A stretch of 33,691 nucleotides of DNA from Fimbriimonadaceae bacterium (GTDB lineage: Bacteria; Armatimonadota; Fimbriimonadia; Fimbriimonadales; Fimbriimonadaceae), in the NCBI GenBank assembly GCA_035295605.1, contig DATGIR010000503.1, positions 1 through 33,691 on the forward strand, written 5' to 3'. Position 1 is the first letter of the stretch. Each line of letters begins with the position of its first letter. The notes under the pieces were generated by a model. The model had not been told where the DNA came from, ran no database searches, and saw nothing but the letters and a program-made list of their open reading frames with translations. The position numbers and the translations under genes were made by a program. Below, piece after piece: positions 18,029 through 26,404 of the stretch.

Positions 18029-18960
18029 GCGCTACCAGCCCCATCGCCGATCTCACCTACCGCGACTACGACGGCCCGATGAACTCGGCCGACCATCGGT
18101 GGTGGGCCATCGCCAAGATGATGATGCGTATGGCCATCGCGAGGAAGGGCTTCTGGGCTTGCGCTCTTCTCTCCGGGTGGTTCTACGTCGTGATGATGGT
18201 GGTCTTCTACTTTGTAGATGTCGCTCAATCGAGCGTTGGACCGGCACAAATCAACTACTTCAAAACCGTGAACTGGAAGGATCAGTTCGTGACGGGCATG
18301 TCGACGGCGCAGTTGTTCCTCTTCATCGTCGCGCTCATCATCGGCATCGGCACGATCGCGAACGATAACCGGGCCAATGCGCTACTGATCTACTTGAGCA
18401 AGCCTTGCACCAAGCTCGACTATTTGATCGGAAAGTGGGTCGGGATTTTCATTCCGATCTATTGCGTGGCTCTTGTTCCCGGGCTCGTGTTTTGGGCGTA
18501 TATAGCCATGAGCTTCCGGGAGTATGGATCGGTGAGCAGCGCACCGTGGGTGCCGCTCCAACTGTTCGTGATTTCACTCTTCCCGGCGTGCATATTGGCG
18601 AGCTTATGCGTTGGGGTTTCATCGCTCTTTAATCAAGGGCGTACGGCAGGATTTACGCTCTTCGGCATCTACTTCATCGCCAATATCTTCACGAAGATGA
18701 TGCAGGGAATGCACTTCGTAGCACCCGACAACCGATTCATAACCGACCTGTTCTATTCCTCAATCGACGGCCTTAGCTTCGGGCTCTCGAAGTTGGCCAT
18801 GTTTACGGACGGATCGCTTCCGATGGTGCAGAAGGCGCAGGCCGGCGCCGAGATCGGACGTCCCGACGCTTGGTTCATGTTCCCCGCGTTCATCGCCGTC
18901 TGCGCGCTGTCCGTCTGGATCGCGTGGATCCGGATTCGCCCGGTCGAGGTGGTCGGATGA
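18025..18960 (+). CDS. ABC-2-type transporter permease 1
   Basis: 311-aa polytopic membrane protein. ATGA overlap with the upstream ATPase. Confidence 0.8.
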   Translation: MSATSPIADLTYRDYDGPMNSADHRWWAIAKMMMRMAIARKGFWACALLSGWFYVVMMVVFYFVDVAQSSVGPAQINYFKTVNWKDQFVTGMSTAQLFLFIVALIIGIGTIANDNRANALLIYLSKPCTKLDYLIGKWVGIFIPIYCVALVPGLVFWAYIAMSFREYGSVSSAPWVPLQLFVISLFPACILASLCVGVSSLFNQGRTAGFTLFGIYFIANIFTKMMQGMHFVAPDNRFITDLFYSSIDGLSFGLSKLAMFTDGSLPMVQKAQAGAEIGRPDAWFMFPAFIAVCALSVWIAWIRIRPVEVVG

Positions 18961-19874
18961 TCGTTCTCGAGGGCGTCTCGCGGTGGTACGGGCAAGTCAT
19001 CGGGGTCAACGATGTTTCGTGCATGCTCAAGCCGGGCTTGGTCGCGCTCCTCGGTCAGAACGGCGCCGGAAAGACGACGCTTTTGCGCATGATCACCGGG
19101 CAACTTCGACCCACGACCGGTCGTCTGACCGTTTTCGGTGAGGAGCCGTTTGCAAATCCCAACGTTCTCAAGCGCATCGGCTACTGCCCGGATGTCGATA
19201 ATTTCTATGAGAATTCCACCGGGCGCGCTTTCATCCAGTTCCTAGCCGAGCTGGGCGGAATGCCAAAGAAGCTGGCACGGGAGCGAACCGAGGAAATGCT
19301 CCAAGTCGTCGGCATGTCGCACGCCGCGGACCGCCGCATCGCGGGTTACTCGAAGGGAATGCGGCAACGCATCAAACTCGCCCAGGCCATGATCCACAAC
19401 CCCGACGTGATCGTCTTGGACGAACCGCTGAACGGCCTCGACCCGGTTGGACGGCACGAGTACATCGCGATGCTGCACTCGCTGGCGAATGAGGGGCGCC
19501 TCATCGTCGTCAGCTCCCACATTCTCTACGAAGTCGAGACGATGACGAAGTCTCTCTTGCTGCTCCACCGGGGGCGGCTTCTGGCAGAGGGCGACCTTCG
19601 CGTTATCCGTTCTCTCATCGACCAGCACCCGCACCGGGTGCGTGTCGAGGGGCCGGTTCCCAGGGCGATCGCCCAGGCGACGCTCGGGTTGCCCAACGTC
19701 CTCTCGCTCGACCTGCGCGAGCAAGAGGGCTACGTCGAAATCGAGGTCACGGAGCCGGAGATGTTCTATCGGGAGCTATCGGAGATGGTGCTGTCCGGCA
19801 AGGTCGAACTCACCGGCTTCTCGTCGCCAGATAACAACCTCGAGTCGGTCTTCCGCTACTTGGTGACCACCTAA
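18957..19874 (+). CDS. ABC-2-type transporter ATP-binding protein 2
   Basis: Start at ATG 18957 (ATGA overlap with permease 1). MIVLEGVSRWYG, GQNGAGKTT, YSKGMRQRIKLAQAM, VIVLDEPLNGLD. Confidence 0.9.
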   Translation: MIVLEGVSRWYGQVIGVNDVSCMLKPGLVALLGQNGAGKTTLLRMITGQLRPTTGRLTVFGEEPFANPNVLKRIGYCPDVDNFYENSTGRAFIQFLAELGGMPKKLARERTEEMLQVVGMSHAADRRIAGYSKGMRQRIKLAQAMIHNPDVIVLDEPLNGLDPVGRHEYIAMLHSLANEGRLIVVSSHILYEVETMTKSLLLLHRGRLLAEGDLRVIRSLIDQHPHRVRVEGPVPRAIAQATLGLPNVLSLDLREQEGYVEIEVTEPEMFYRELSEMVLSGKVELTGFSSPDNNLESVFRYLVTT

Positions 19875-20644
19875 TGTTTCAGGCCATCTATTTGCAGGCA
19901 ATCGGAGAGTACGCGCGGTTTCGACGCGTCATCGTATGGTTGGTGATTGCCTTGCTGGCGGCGATCGTTGCCTACATGTGGTTGAGGGTGAGCCCAAACA
20001 GCCTGGGCGTCGACCGGTATTCGACGGTCTCGTACATGCTCGTCTTTCGAATTGTCGGGTTTTCCGCGCTCTTCTTCGCCACCGCCAACGTGCCCGCGGA
20101 GATGGATCAACGCACGATCGTCTATCTGCTCACGCGCCCGGTTCCGCGTTGGATGCTGTTGGTGGGCCGCTATCTCGCGGCGGTCACGGTCGTGACTGTC
20201 ATCGGCGTGGTTGCGGCGCTGGCGGTTTCAACAACCGCGTTCCAAGGACACCCAACTTCCAACCCACTGCTGGCTAGGGACCTGCTCGCGATCGTGCTCG
20301 GCGCCTTCGCCTATACGGCCGCGTTCGCGCTAGCGAGCGTGATGATTCCAGGTCGCGCGATGATCGTCGGAATCATCTACGTCATCGGCTGGGAGGGGCT
20401 CGTGCCGAACATGCCGGGCACGATGTATTACCTCTCGATCTTCAGCCACTTGCAAGCCATCGCCCAGCACCCCTTGAGCTCGAACACCAACCAACTTTTG
20501 AGCTTCCTGGCCTCAACGCTCGGCACGAACACGCTGACCGAGAGCGTTTCCATTCCGGTGCTCGTGCTCGTGTCGATCACCATGGTCGGCGGCGCGGCGT
20601 GGTGGTTTACGCAATTTGAGTTTCTGCCTCGCGACGCCGACTGA
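19874..20644 (+). CDS. ABC-2-type transporter permease 2
   Basis: 256-aa polytopic membrane protein. TAATG overlap with ATPase 2. Confidence 0.8.
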   Translation: MFQAIYLQAIGEYARFRRVIVWLVIALLAAIVAYMWLRVSPNSLGVDRYSTVSYMLVFRIVGFSALFFATANVPAEMDQRTIVYLLTRPVPRWMLLVGRYLAAVTVVTVIGVVAALAVSTTAFQGHPTSNPLLARDLLAIVLGAFAYTAAFALASVMIPGRAMIVGIIYVIGWEGLVPNMPGTMYYLSIFSHLQAIAQHPLSSNTNQLLSFLASTLGTNTLTESVSIPVLVLVSITMVGGAAWWFTQFEFLPRDAD

Positions 20645-20660
20645 CGGTACGCGATTTGCG

Positions 20661-21842
20661 TTACTTGCAGACGGATTCCAGTAGCCAGAGGGCGCATTCG
20701 AGCTTGGAGAGATGGCCGCTCTTTACGCTTGATCCGTCAGGCAGCAAAAGCGTCAGCTCATTCATGTCGCTCTCAAAGCCCGCGTCCGTCCGGCTGATGT
20801 CGTTCATGGCCACGGCGGACAGGCCCTTGGATGCGAGCTTCTCCCGCGCCTTGTCGGCGTGGTCGGACGGCTCGGCGGCAAAGCCGATGATCTTCGTGCC
20901 TGGCCGGGCTTTGGCGACGGCGGCGGCGAGGATATCGGGGTTGGGGACCAGCTTGATGGTGACCTCTTCGTCCGAGCGCCGGATCTTCCCCTTGGCGCGT
21001 TCGGCCGGCCTGTAATCGGCGACGGCAGCGGCGCCGACGATCACGTCCGCTTCAGGGGCGAGGCGCTCGACTTCGGCGAGCATTTCGTTAGCGGTCTTCA
21101 CCCGTACGATCTCAGCCTGCATCGGCAGCGGGGCCGTACTCGGACCGCTCACGATGGCGACCTTCGCGCCCAGCAGGAGCGCCGCACGGCCCAGTGCCGC
21201 GCCCATCTTTCCGCTAGAGCGATTGGTGAGGATGCGGACGTCGTCGAGGGGCTCGTGGGTCGGTCCGCTGGTGATGAGCACGTTCTTGTCGTCGAGGAGC
21301 TGGCCGCGGCAGGTGACGGCCTCGACCGCCTCGACGATCGATTCGATGGAGGCGAGCTTGCCTTGGCCGTTATCGCCGCAGGCCACGTCGCCTTCGACGG
21401 GTTCAACGACGACGGCCGCGCGCCCACGCAAAATGCGTAACGCACCCTGCGTAGGGTCGGAGGCGTGCATCGTTGGGTTCATCGCCGGGGCGAGAACGAG
21501 GGGCGCTTTCGTGGCGAGCGCGAGAGCGGTGAGCATGTCCTCGCCGATGCCGTAAGCCAGGCGCGAGAGGGTCGTGGACGTGGCGGGGGCGACGATCACA
21601 ACGTTGGCCCAGCGAGCCCAGTCGATGTGCGCCATCCGGCCGCGGGCCGGCTCGTCGAAGACGTCGGAAAGGCAAGCCTGGCCAGTGAGGGCCTCGAACA
21701 GTTCGGCCGTCACGAAGTGCTGAGCGGCACCGGTGAGACAGGCGCGGACCGTGTACCCGTGCCGCATCAGCTCCCGAGCCAGGTCCGCCGCACGATACGC
21801 GGCTACACTGCCGCAGACGCCGAGAATTGCATTTTTATCCAT
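20661..21842 (-). CDS. coaBC: bifunctional phosphopantothenoylcysteine decarboxylase / phosphopantothenate-cysteine ligase
   Basis: Flavoprotein domain (ILGVCGSVAAYRAADLAREL) plus DFP domain (VLITSGPTHEPLDDVRILTNRSSGKMG). Start set at ATG 21842 (MDKNAILG), an 8-nt overlap with gmk. The track start 21887 would overlap gmk by 53 nt. Confidence 0.9.
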   Translation of the reverse strand: MDKNAILGVCGSVAAYRAADLARELMRHGYTVRACLTGAAQHFVTAELFEALTGQACLSDVFDEPARGRMAHIDWARWANVVIVAPATSTTLSRLAYGIGEDMLTALALATKAPLVLAPAMNPTMHASDPTQGALRILRGRAAVVVEPVEGDVACGDNGQGKLASIESIVEAVEAVTCRGQLLDDKNVLITSGPTHEPLDDVRILTNRSSGKMGAALGRAALLLGAKVAIVSGPSTAPLPMQAEIVRVKTANEMLAEVERLAPEADVIVGAAAVADYRPAERAKGKIRRSDEEVTIKLVPNPDILAAAVAKARPGTKIIGFAAEPSDHADKAREKLASKGLSAVAMNDISRTDAGFESDMNELTLLLPDGSSVKSGHLSKLECALWLLESVCK

Positions 21843-22386
21843 TGACGATGGCCTCGAGGTCGTCGACCGCTCGGTCGACGTCGGCATTCACAACGTGGTA
21901 AGCGTAATGGCTCATGCCGATGGCAATCTCGGCGTGCGCGGTTTGGAGCCGAAGCTTGATGTCCTCCGGGTCGTCGGTCGACCGGGCGCGGAGGCGCGAC
22001 TCCAGCTCCTCCGGACTGGGGGGCAGCAGGAAAATCGAAACGGCGTCAGGGCGCTTCTCCATCACGCTGAGTGCGCCCTGGACGTCGATCTTGAGAACAG
22101 CAACTTTGCCTTCCGCTAATAGGCGTTCCATGCCTTCGACCGGTGTGCCGTACAGGTTACCGAACACCTCCATGAATTCCAACATTTCATTGCAATTAGC
22201 CTTCTCGAGGAACCTGTCGCGCGTTAAGAATTGGTAGTCCACGCCGTCGATTTCGCCGGAACGAGGGGCCCGAGTGGTGGCCGCGACCACGCGCTGAATC
22301 CGCGGATTGCGGCGCCGCCAGGCATCCAGAACGGTGTCTTTCCCCACCCCGCTGGGGCCGCTGAGGATGACGAGTCGGCCAGGCAC
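21835..22386 (-). CDS. gmk: guanylate kinase
   Basis: GTG start. P-loop LSGPSGVGKDT and TTRAPRSGEIDGVDYQF. Confidence 0.9.
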   Translation of the reverse strand: MPGRLVILSGPSGVGKDTVLDAWRRRNPRIQRVVAATTRAPRSGEIDGVDYQFLTRDRFLEKANCNEMLEFMEVFGNLYGTPVEGMERLLAEGKVAVLKIDVQGALSVMEKRPDAVSIFLLPPSPEELESRLRARSTDDPEDIKLRLQTAHAEIAIGMSHYAYHVVNADVDRAVDDLEAIVNG

Positions 22387-22410
22387 CCGGGAACGGTACC
22401 CCTCTTTTGC

Positions 22411-22458
22411 GGTTCTAGGGTTCTAGGGTTCTAGGGTTCTAGAGTTCTAGGGTTCCAC
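22411..22458. repeat. tandem repeat, 8-bp unit GGTTCTAG, 5 copies plus 1 degenerate
   Basis: Read directly: GGTTCTAG x4, AGTTCTAG, GGTTCCAC. Begins 24 nt upstream of the gmk start. Confidence 0.95.
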
Positions 22459-22462
22459 GGAT

Positions 22463-22547
22463 GTCATGGGGTCAGGGAGTCAGGGTCGTCAGGGATGTCA
22501 GGGAGACAGGGATGTCAGGGAGTCAGGATCGTCAGAGGCGTCAGAAC
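22463..22547. repeat. tandem repeat, 8-9-bp unit GTCAGGGA(N), about 10 copies, decaying at the 3' end
   Basis: Read directly: GTCATGGG GTCAGGGA GTCAGGGTC GTCAGGGAT GTCAGGGA GACAGGGAT GTCAGGGA GTCAGGATC GTCAGAGGC GTCAGAAC. Confidence 0.95.
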
Positions 22548-22574
22548 AAGAGGGCATGAGAACCTTCTCACCTT

Positions 22575-23885
22575 CTATCGCTGTAAAAGGGCGATCAGCC
22601 GAGCCGCGAGGCGCATGGGATCGTGGCGCACCACGTTGCTCTCGCTCATGAAGTCGCCCTGGATGACCCGGAAGCCGGTTGCCCGAATCCGGTCGATGTC
22701 CGGCTCGACAAAGTGCTGTCCTTCCTTGAGGTAGCGCTCAAGGAGCTCGGAGCTAGGCATGGCGGTGTTGACCACCACGTAATCGAAGACCCGCTTCTCG
22801 ACGTTCACCTGCACTGCGGTCACGTGCTCGCTGGCGGCAAATTCGTCGCTTTCGCCTGGTTGCGTCATTACGTTGCAGATGTAAGCGCGCGGGGCTCGGG
22901 CGGTTCGCAGCGCCTCGGTTATGCCCGGCACAAGGAGCGTGGGTATCACGCTAGTGTAGACAGATCCCGGACCGATGCAAATGAGGTCGGCTTGCGCGAT
23001 GGCGTCCAGTGCCGCCTGTTGCGGGCTAACGTCAGGGGGTTCGAGGTAGATGCGGCGTATCTTCCCTCCCGCCTTCACGATAGCCGTCTCGCCGCAAATC
23101 TCCTCTCCCGTGTCGAGAATGGCGCGTAGTCCCACGCGCTCGAGCGTGGAGGGTACGACGCGGCCCCGAATCGCGAGAACGTTCGAGGCCATGTCGACAG
23201 CCTTCTCGAAGTCACCGCGGGATTGATCGACCAGCGCGGCGATCAGCAGGTTGCCCATCGAGTGGCCACTAAGGGAGCCGGCCTCCTTCTTAAAGCGATG
23301 CTGGAACAGGTCGGTCATCGCCTTTTCCGCGTCGGCGAGTGCGACGAGGCAGTTGCGGATGTCTCCCGGCGGGATCATGCCCATGTCCTGGGAAAGGCGG
23401 CCGGAGCTGCCGCCGTCGTCGGTCACGGTGACGATCGCGGTGATGTTCGACGTGTGGACCTTAAGGCCGCGCAGGAGGGTGCTTAGTCCCGTGCCGCCGC
23501 CGAGGGCGACAATTCGGGGCCCTTGGGCCAGTTTCTGGCGCCGGAGGTAGACCTCACCAACCTTAGCCTCGCCTAGGGCGGGGTTGAGGGTCCGGATTAG
23601 ATGCAGGACGAACTGCCGAATCCCCAGGATCAAGAAGAAGAGGCCGAGAACGAGGAACGCCCCACCGAGGAAGTGGGTAGCCAAATCGAGTTGGTCTTTG
23701 GGAACAACGACGGCGAAGAGATTGCGTGAGAGAACGTTGAGACCGGTGAGGAGCGGCCGGATGACGACCTGAAAGCTCAGAGCGCTGCCCACCAGGAAGA
23801 GCAGAATGCCCACCAACGTCCAGCCGATCGCCATTTGAAGGCCGCGGGTTTGGGCGATCAGGGTTCGAACGCGGCGATTCGTCAT
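22575..23885 (-). CDS. yvcK: YvcK/CofD-like (UPF0052, gluconeogenesis factor family) protein with an N-terminal membrane anchor
   Basis: IVALGGGTGLSTLLRGLK...ITAIVTVTDDGGSSGRL...ICIGPGSVYTSVIP. The first ~100 aa contain two hydrophobic helices. Confidence 0.85.
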   Translation of the reverse strand: MTNRRVRTLIAQTRGLQMAIGWTLVGILLFLVGSALSFQVVIRPLLTGLNVLSRNLFAVVVPKDQLDLATHFLGGAFLVLGLFFLILGIRQFVLHLIRTLNPALGEAKVGEVYLRRQKLAQGPRIVALGGGTGLSTLLRGLKVHTSNITAIVTVTDDGGSSGRLSQDMGMIPPGDIRNCLVALADAEKAMTDLFQHRFKKEAGSLSGHSMGNLLIAALVDQSRGDFEKAVDMASNVLAIRGRVVPSTLERVGLRAILDTGEEICGETAIVKAGGKIRRIYLEPPDVSPQQAALDAIAQADLICIGPGSVYTSVIPTLLVPGITEALRTARAPRAYICNVMTQPGESDEFAASEHVTAVQVNVEKRVFDYVVVNTAMPSSELLERYLKEGQHFVEPDIDRIRATGFRVIQGDFMSESNVVRHDPMRLAARLIALLQR

Positions 23886-23915
23886 CGAGCGCCTCGAAGG
23901 GGCCGCACGGCCGGG

Positions 23916-24326
23916 TCAGCTTTCCTTTTCGTCGTCGGGCAGGAAAACGCCCAGCACGCCGTTGATGAACGAGATGAGCAGGCTCGCGACGAACGCGGCG
24001 ATAAACGCGCTGAAACCGCCCTTCTTGTTAATGCTGAAGCCGAGATCGAGCGCGGCGGCCAATTCCAGAACGATCGCGTTGATGACAAGCGAAAAGAGAC
24101 CGAAGGTGATGCAGCTCAGAGGAAGGGTCAGGAGCTTGAGGATCTTGCCTACGGTTGCGTTCAGCAGGCTCAATACCGCGACGCCGAGCAAGAGCAGGAC
24201 AAAGTTCTTCGCGGTGGGCTCGCTAAGGAAGCTAACATCAAATCCGAGTCTCAGCGCATGGCTGACATACGACGCGGCGGCGACCGAGACCGCGAGCACG
24301 ATCCACCTAAGCAGGAGTTTGCGCAT
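23916..24326 (-). CDS. phage-holin-4_2 / YvlD-like small membrane protein
   Basis: 136 aa, 4 TM. Family-typical LLNATVGKILKLLTLPLSCITFGLFSLVINAIVLEL. Confidence 0.7.
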   Translation of the reverse strand: MRKLLLRWIVLAVSVAAASYVSHALRLGFDVSFLSEPTAKNFVLLLLGVAVLSLLNATVGKILKLLTLPLSCITFGLFSLVINAIVLELAAALDLGFSINKKGGFSAFIAAFVASLLISFINGVLGVFLPDDEKES

Positions 24327-24352
24327 CCCTTCCCAAAGTCATTATAACGGGG

Positions 24353-26386
24353 TCAGGCGTGCGCCAGGGTTCGGCGGCGCGAGAACCGGGCCAGAAGGCT
24401 GAGCCCGAGGATGAGAAGGACGAGAATGAGCGCTCCGGCCCAGGCCTGCCCCACCTGATCGTCGTAAGCCGATTGGGCGTAGCTGAAGATCTTCATCGTC
24501 AGCGTCGAGGTCGGCTCGGACGGGTTCGACACGAACTCGTCGTTACCGAAGGCGGTGAACAGGAGGGGGGCGGTCTCGCCTGCGATTCTGGCGGTCGCCA
24601 GCATAATTCCGGTGAGGATCCCGCTCCGGGCGGCGGGAAGGATGACGGTGCGAACCGTGTAGGCCTTGCCGGCGCCCAACGCGAATGCGGCGGCTCGGAA
24701 CTCGTTCGGCACGAGCTTGAGCATCTCCTCGGTGGTCCGCAGGACGGTCGGGATCATCATGATCGCCAGGGCTCCGGCCCCTGCCCAACCTGAAAAGTGA
24801 TGGAATGGGAGAACGAACGCGGCGTATCCGAAGAGGCCGATAACGACGGATGGGATGCCGTTGAGAACGTCGGCGGCGAACCTAATGCCGGCCCCGAATC
24901 GGTTGCGTCCAAACTCGGCGACATAGATGCCGCCCATCAGGCCGATGGGTATTCCGATTGCTCCAGCGATGGCGACGAGCTCGACGGTCCCGAGGATCGC
25001 ATTCTTCAGCCCTCCGCCGAGCACTCCAGGGGGCCGCGGGAGTTGGGTGAAGAGGTTGAGGCTCAGCCCGCGAACACCCTGGATCGCCACGTACGCGAGG
25101 ACGGCACCGAGCATGACGCAGGCAAACGTAGCCGCGCCGCACAGAACCACCTGCATCCCGACATTGACGATTCGGCGCCAACGAGCCAGTAGGGACGTGA
25201 GCGAGAGCCGAGCCGAGATGATCCTCAACGCGATTCCGGCGAGAAGGACGATCTCGACCGGGCCGCCGAATGCGGCGGGGCCGCGCGCTCGGAAATCGAA
25301 GTAGAGCTGAATCGCAACAAGTGCTCCCGCAAGGGAAGCGAGGGCAACACTTGCTACCGCGTCGAACGCGGCGTTGAGTCGTGCGGCGATGGGATGGACC
25401 GGTCGGGTTCGGTGGGCCAGCTCGCGAGTGGTGATGAGCAGAGCCCCACGCGCGAGACCGTTCACGACAACGGTAACCAGGAAGAGAACAAGGGCGATCT
25501 CGAGCAGCGCCGATCGCTGGAGGTCGTCGCTGAACGCCTCGTTGAACTGGTTCGCCAGGAGCGCGGGCATCGTGTAGCCCTGCTTCAGGATCGAGGCGCT
25601 GAGCTGGGAGTTGTTCCCGATCACCATCACAACCGCCATCGTCTCGCCGAAGGCACGGCCGAGGCCTAGAATGACGGCGCCGGTAATCCCCCCCTTCGCT
25701 TGGCGGAGGAGGACGTTCTTGATCGTTTCCCACTTCGTGGCGCCCAGCCCGACAGACGCCTCGCGTTGACCCGCGGGGATGGTGAGAAGCACTTCGCGGG
25801 TGATCGCGGTGATGATCGGCAAGATCATCACCGCGAGGATGATGCCGGCGCACAGGATGTTGTTGAGGGTCGAGGGCCCCCCGAAGATCGGGTTCGCCCC
25901 CAAGTGATCCACGAGCCAGGGGCTGACGTGAGCCTGAATGAAGGGGCAGAGCACCAGAAAGCCCCAAAGGCCGAAGATCACGCTCGGAATCGCCGCGAGC
26001 ATCTCGATCATGAACCCGAGGGTTCCCGAGAGCCACTTCGGCGCGATTTCGGTGAGAAAGAGCCCGGCGCCGACGCTGATCGGTACCGCGATCAGCAGAG
26101 CGAGCGAAGACGTGATGAGCGTCCCGACGATGACGGGGAGGGCGCCGTAAACCTGGTGTTGGACGTCCCACAGCGACGACGTCAGGAAGCCGAGCCCATA
26201 CCGATGCCGGGTAAGGGCAGAGTCGGCATAAAGCCGATACCCAACCATCACGATGATGGCGACAACGATCAGCGCGAAGACCAAGCTCGACGTGCTGAAT
26301 GCCACCTCACCGAACCGCCTCATGGCTGCCCGGCGGGCTCGAAACAGCCCGGCCGCGCGCGCGTCAGGTGCCGGTGAAGAGACCAT
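24353..26386 (-). CDS. pstCA: fused phosphate ABC transporter permeases PstC-PstA
   Basis: Single 677-aa ORF. The N-half is PstC-like (GALPVIVGTLITSSLALLIAVPISVGAGLFLTE...AIPSVIFGLWG). The C-half is PstA-like (GGLKNAILGTVELV...AADVLNGIPSVVIGLFGY...RIAGETAPLLFTAFGN). Confidence 0.88.
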   Translation of the reverse strand: MVSSPAPDARAAGLFRARRAAMRRFGEVAFSTSSLVFALIVVAIIVMVGYRLYADSALTRHRYGLGFLTSSLWDVQHQVYGALPVIVGTLITSSLALLIAVPISVGAGLFLTEIAPKWLSGTLGFMIEMLAAIPSVIFGLWGFLVLCPFIQAHVSPWLVDHLGANPIFGGPSTLNNILCAGIILAVMILPIITAITREVLLTIPAGQREASVGLGATKWETIKNVLLRQAKGGITGAVILGLGRAFGETMAVVMVIGNNSQLSASILKQGYTMPALLANQFNEAFSDDLQRSALLEIALVLFLVTVVVNGLARGALLITTRELAHRTRPVHPIAARLNAAFDAVASVALASLAGALVAIQLYFDFRARGPAAFGGPVEIVLLAGIALRIISARLSLTSLLARWRRIVNVGMQVVLCGAATFACVMLGAVLAYVAIQGVRGLSLNLFTQLPRPPGVLGGGLKNAILGTVELVAIAGAIGIPIGLMGGIYVAEFGRNRFGAGIRFAADVLNGIPSVVIGLFGYAAFVLPFHHFSGWAGAGALAIMMIPTVLRTTEEMLKLVPNEFRAAAFALGAGKAYTVRTVILPAARSGILTGIMLATARIAGETAPLLFTAFGNDEFVSNPSEPTSTLTMKIFSYAQSAYDDQVGQAWAGALILVLLILGLSLLARFSRRRTLAHA

Positions 26387-26404
26387 CGATGCTACTGAGG
26401 GCTG

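Noticed and set aside
22411-22458. Telomere-like repeat (GGTTCTAG resembles TTAGGG-type units)
   Set aside because: It has an internal position between ordinary genes, only five copies, and a unit that differs from known telomeric repeats. The resemblance is superficial.
22411-22547. Possible CRISPR array (also considered for 29838-29912)
   Set aside because: The units are only 7-9 bp and directly abut, with no unique spacers. No cas genes are present. These are micro/minisatellites, not CRISPR.
22466-22651. 61-aa + strand ORF (MGSGSQGRQGCQGDRDV...) reading through the GTCAGGGA array
   Set aside because: Its repetitive peptide is a by-product of the tandem DNA repeat. It has no RBS and runs antisense into yvcK. 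A small repeat peptide cannot be fully excluded without ribosome profiling.
24882-26171. 429-aa minus-strand ORF in an alternative frame inside pstCA
   Set aside because: It is a Pro/Arg/Gly-rich alternative frame of a gene whose main frame has clear PstC/PstA motifs. There is no independent support.
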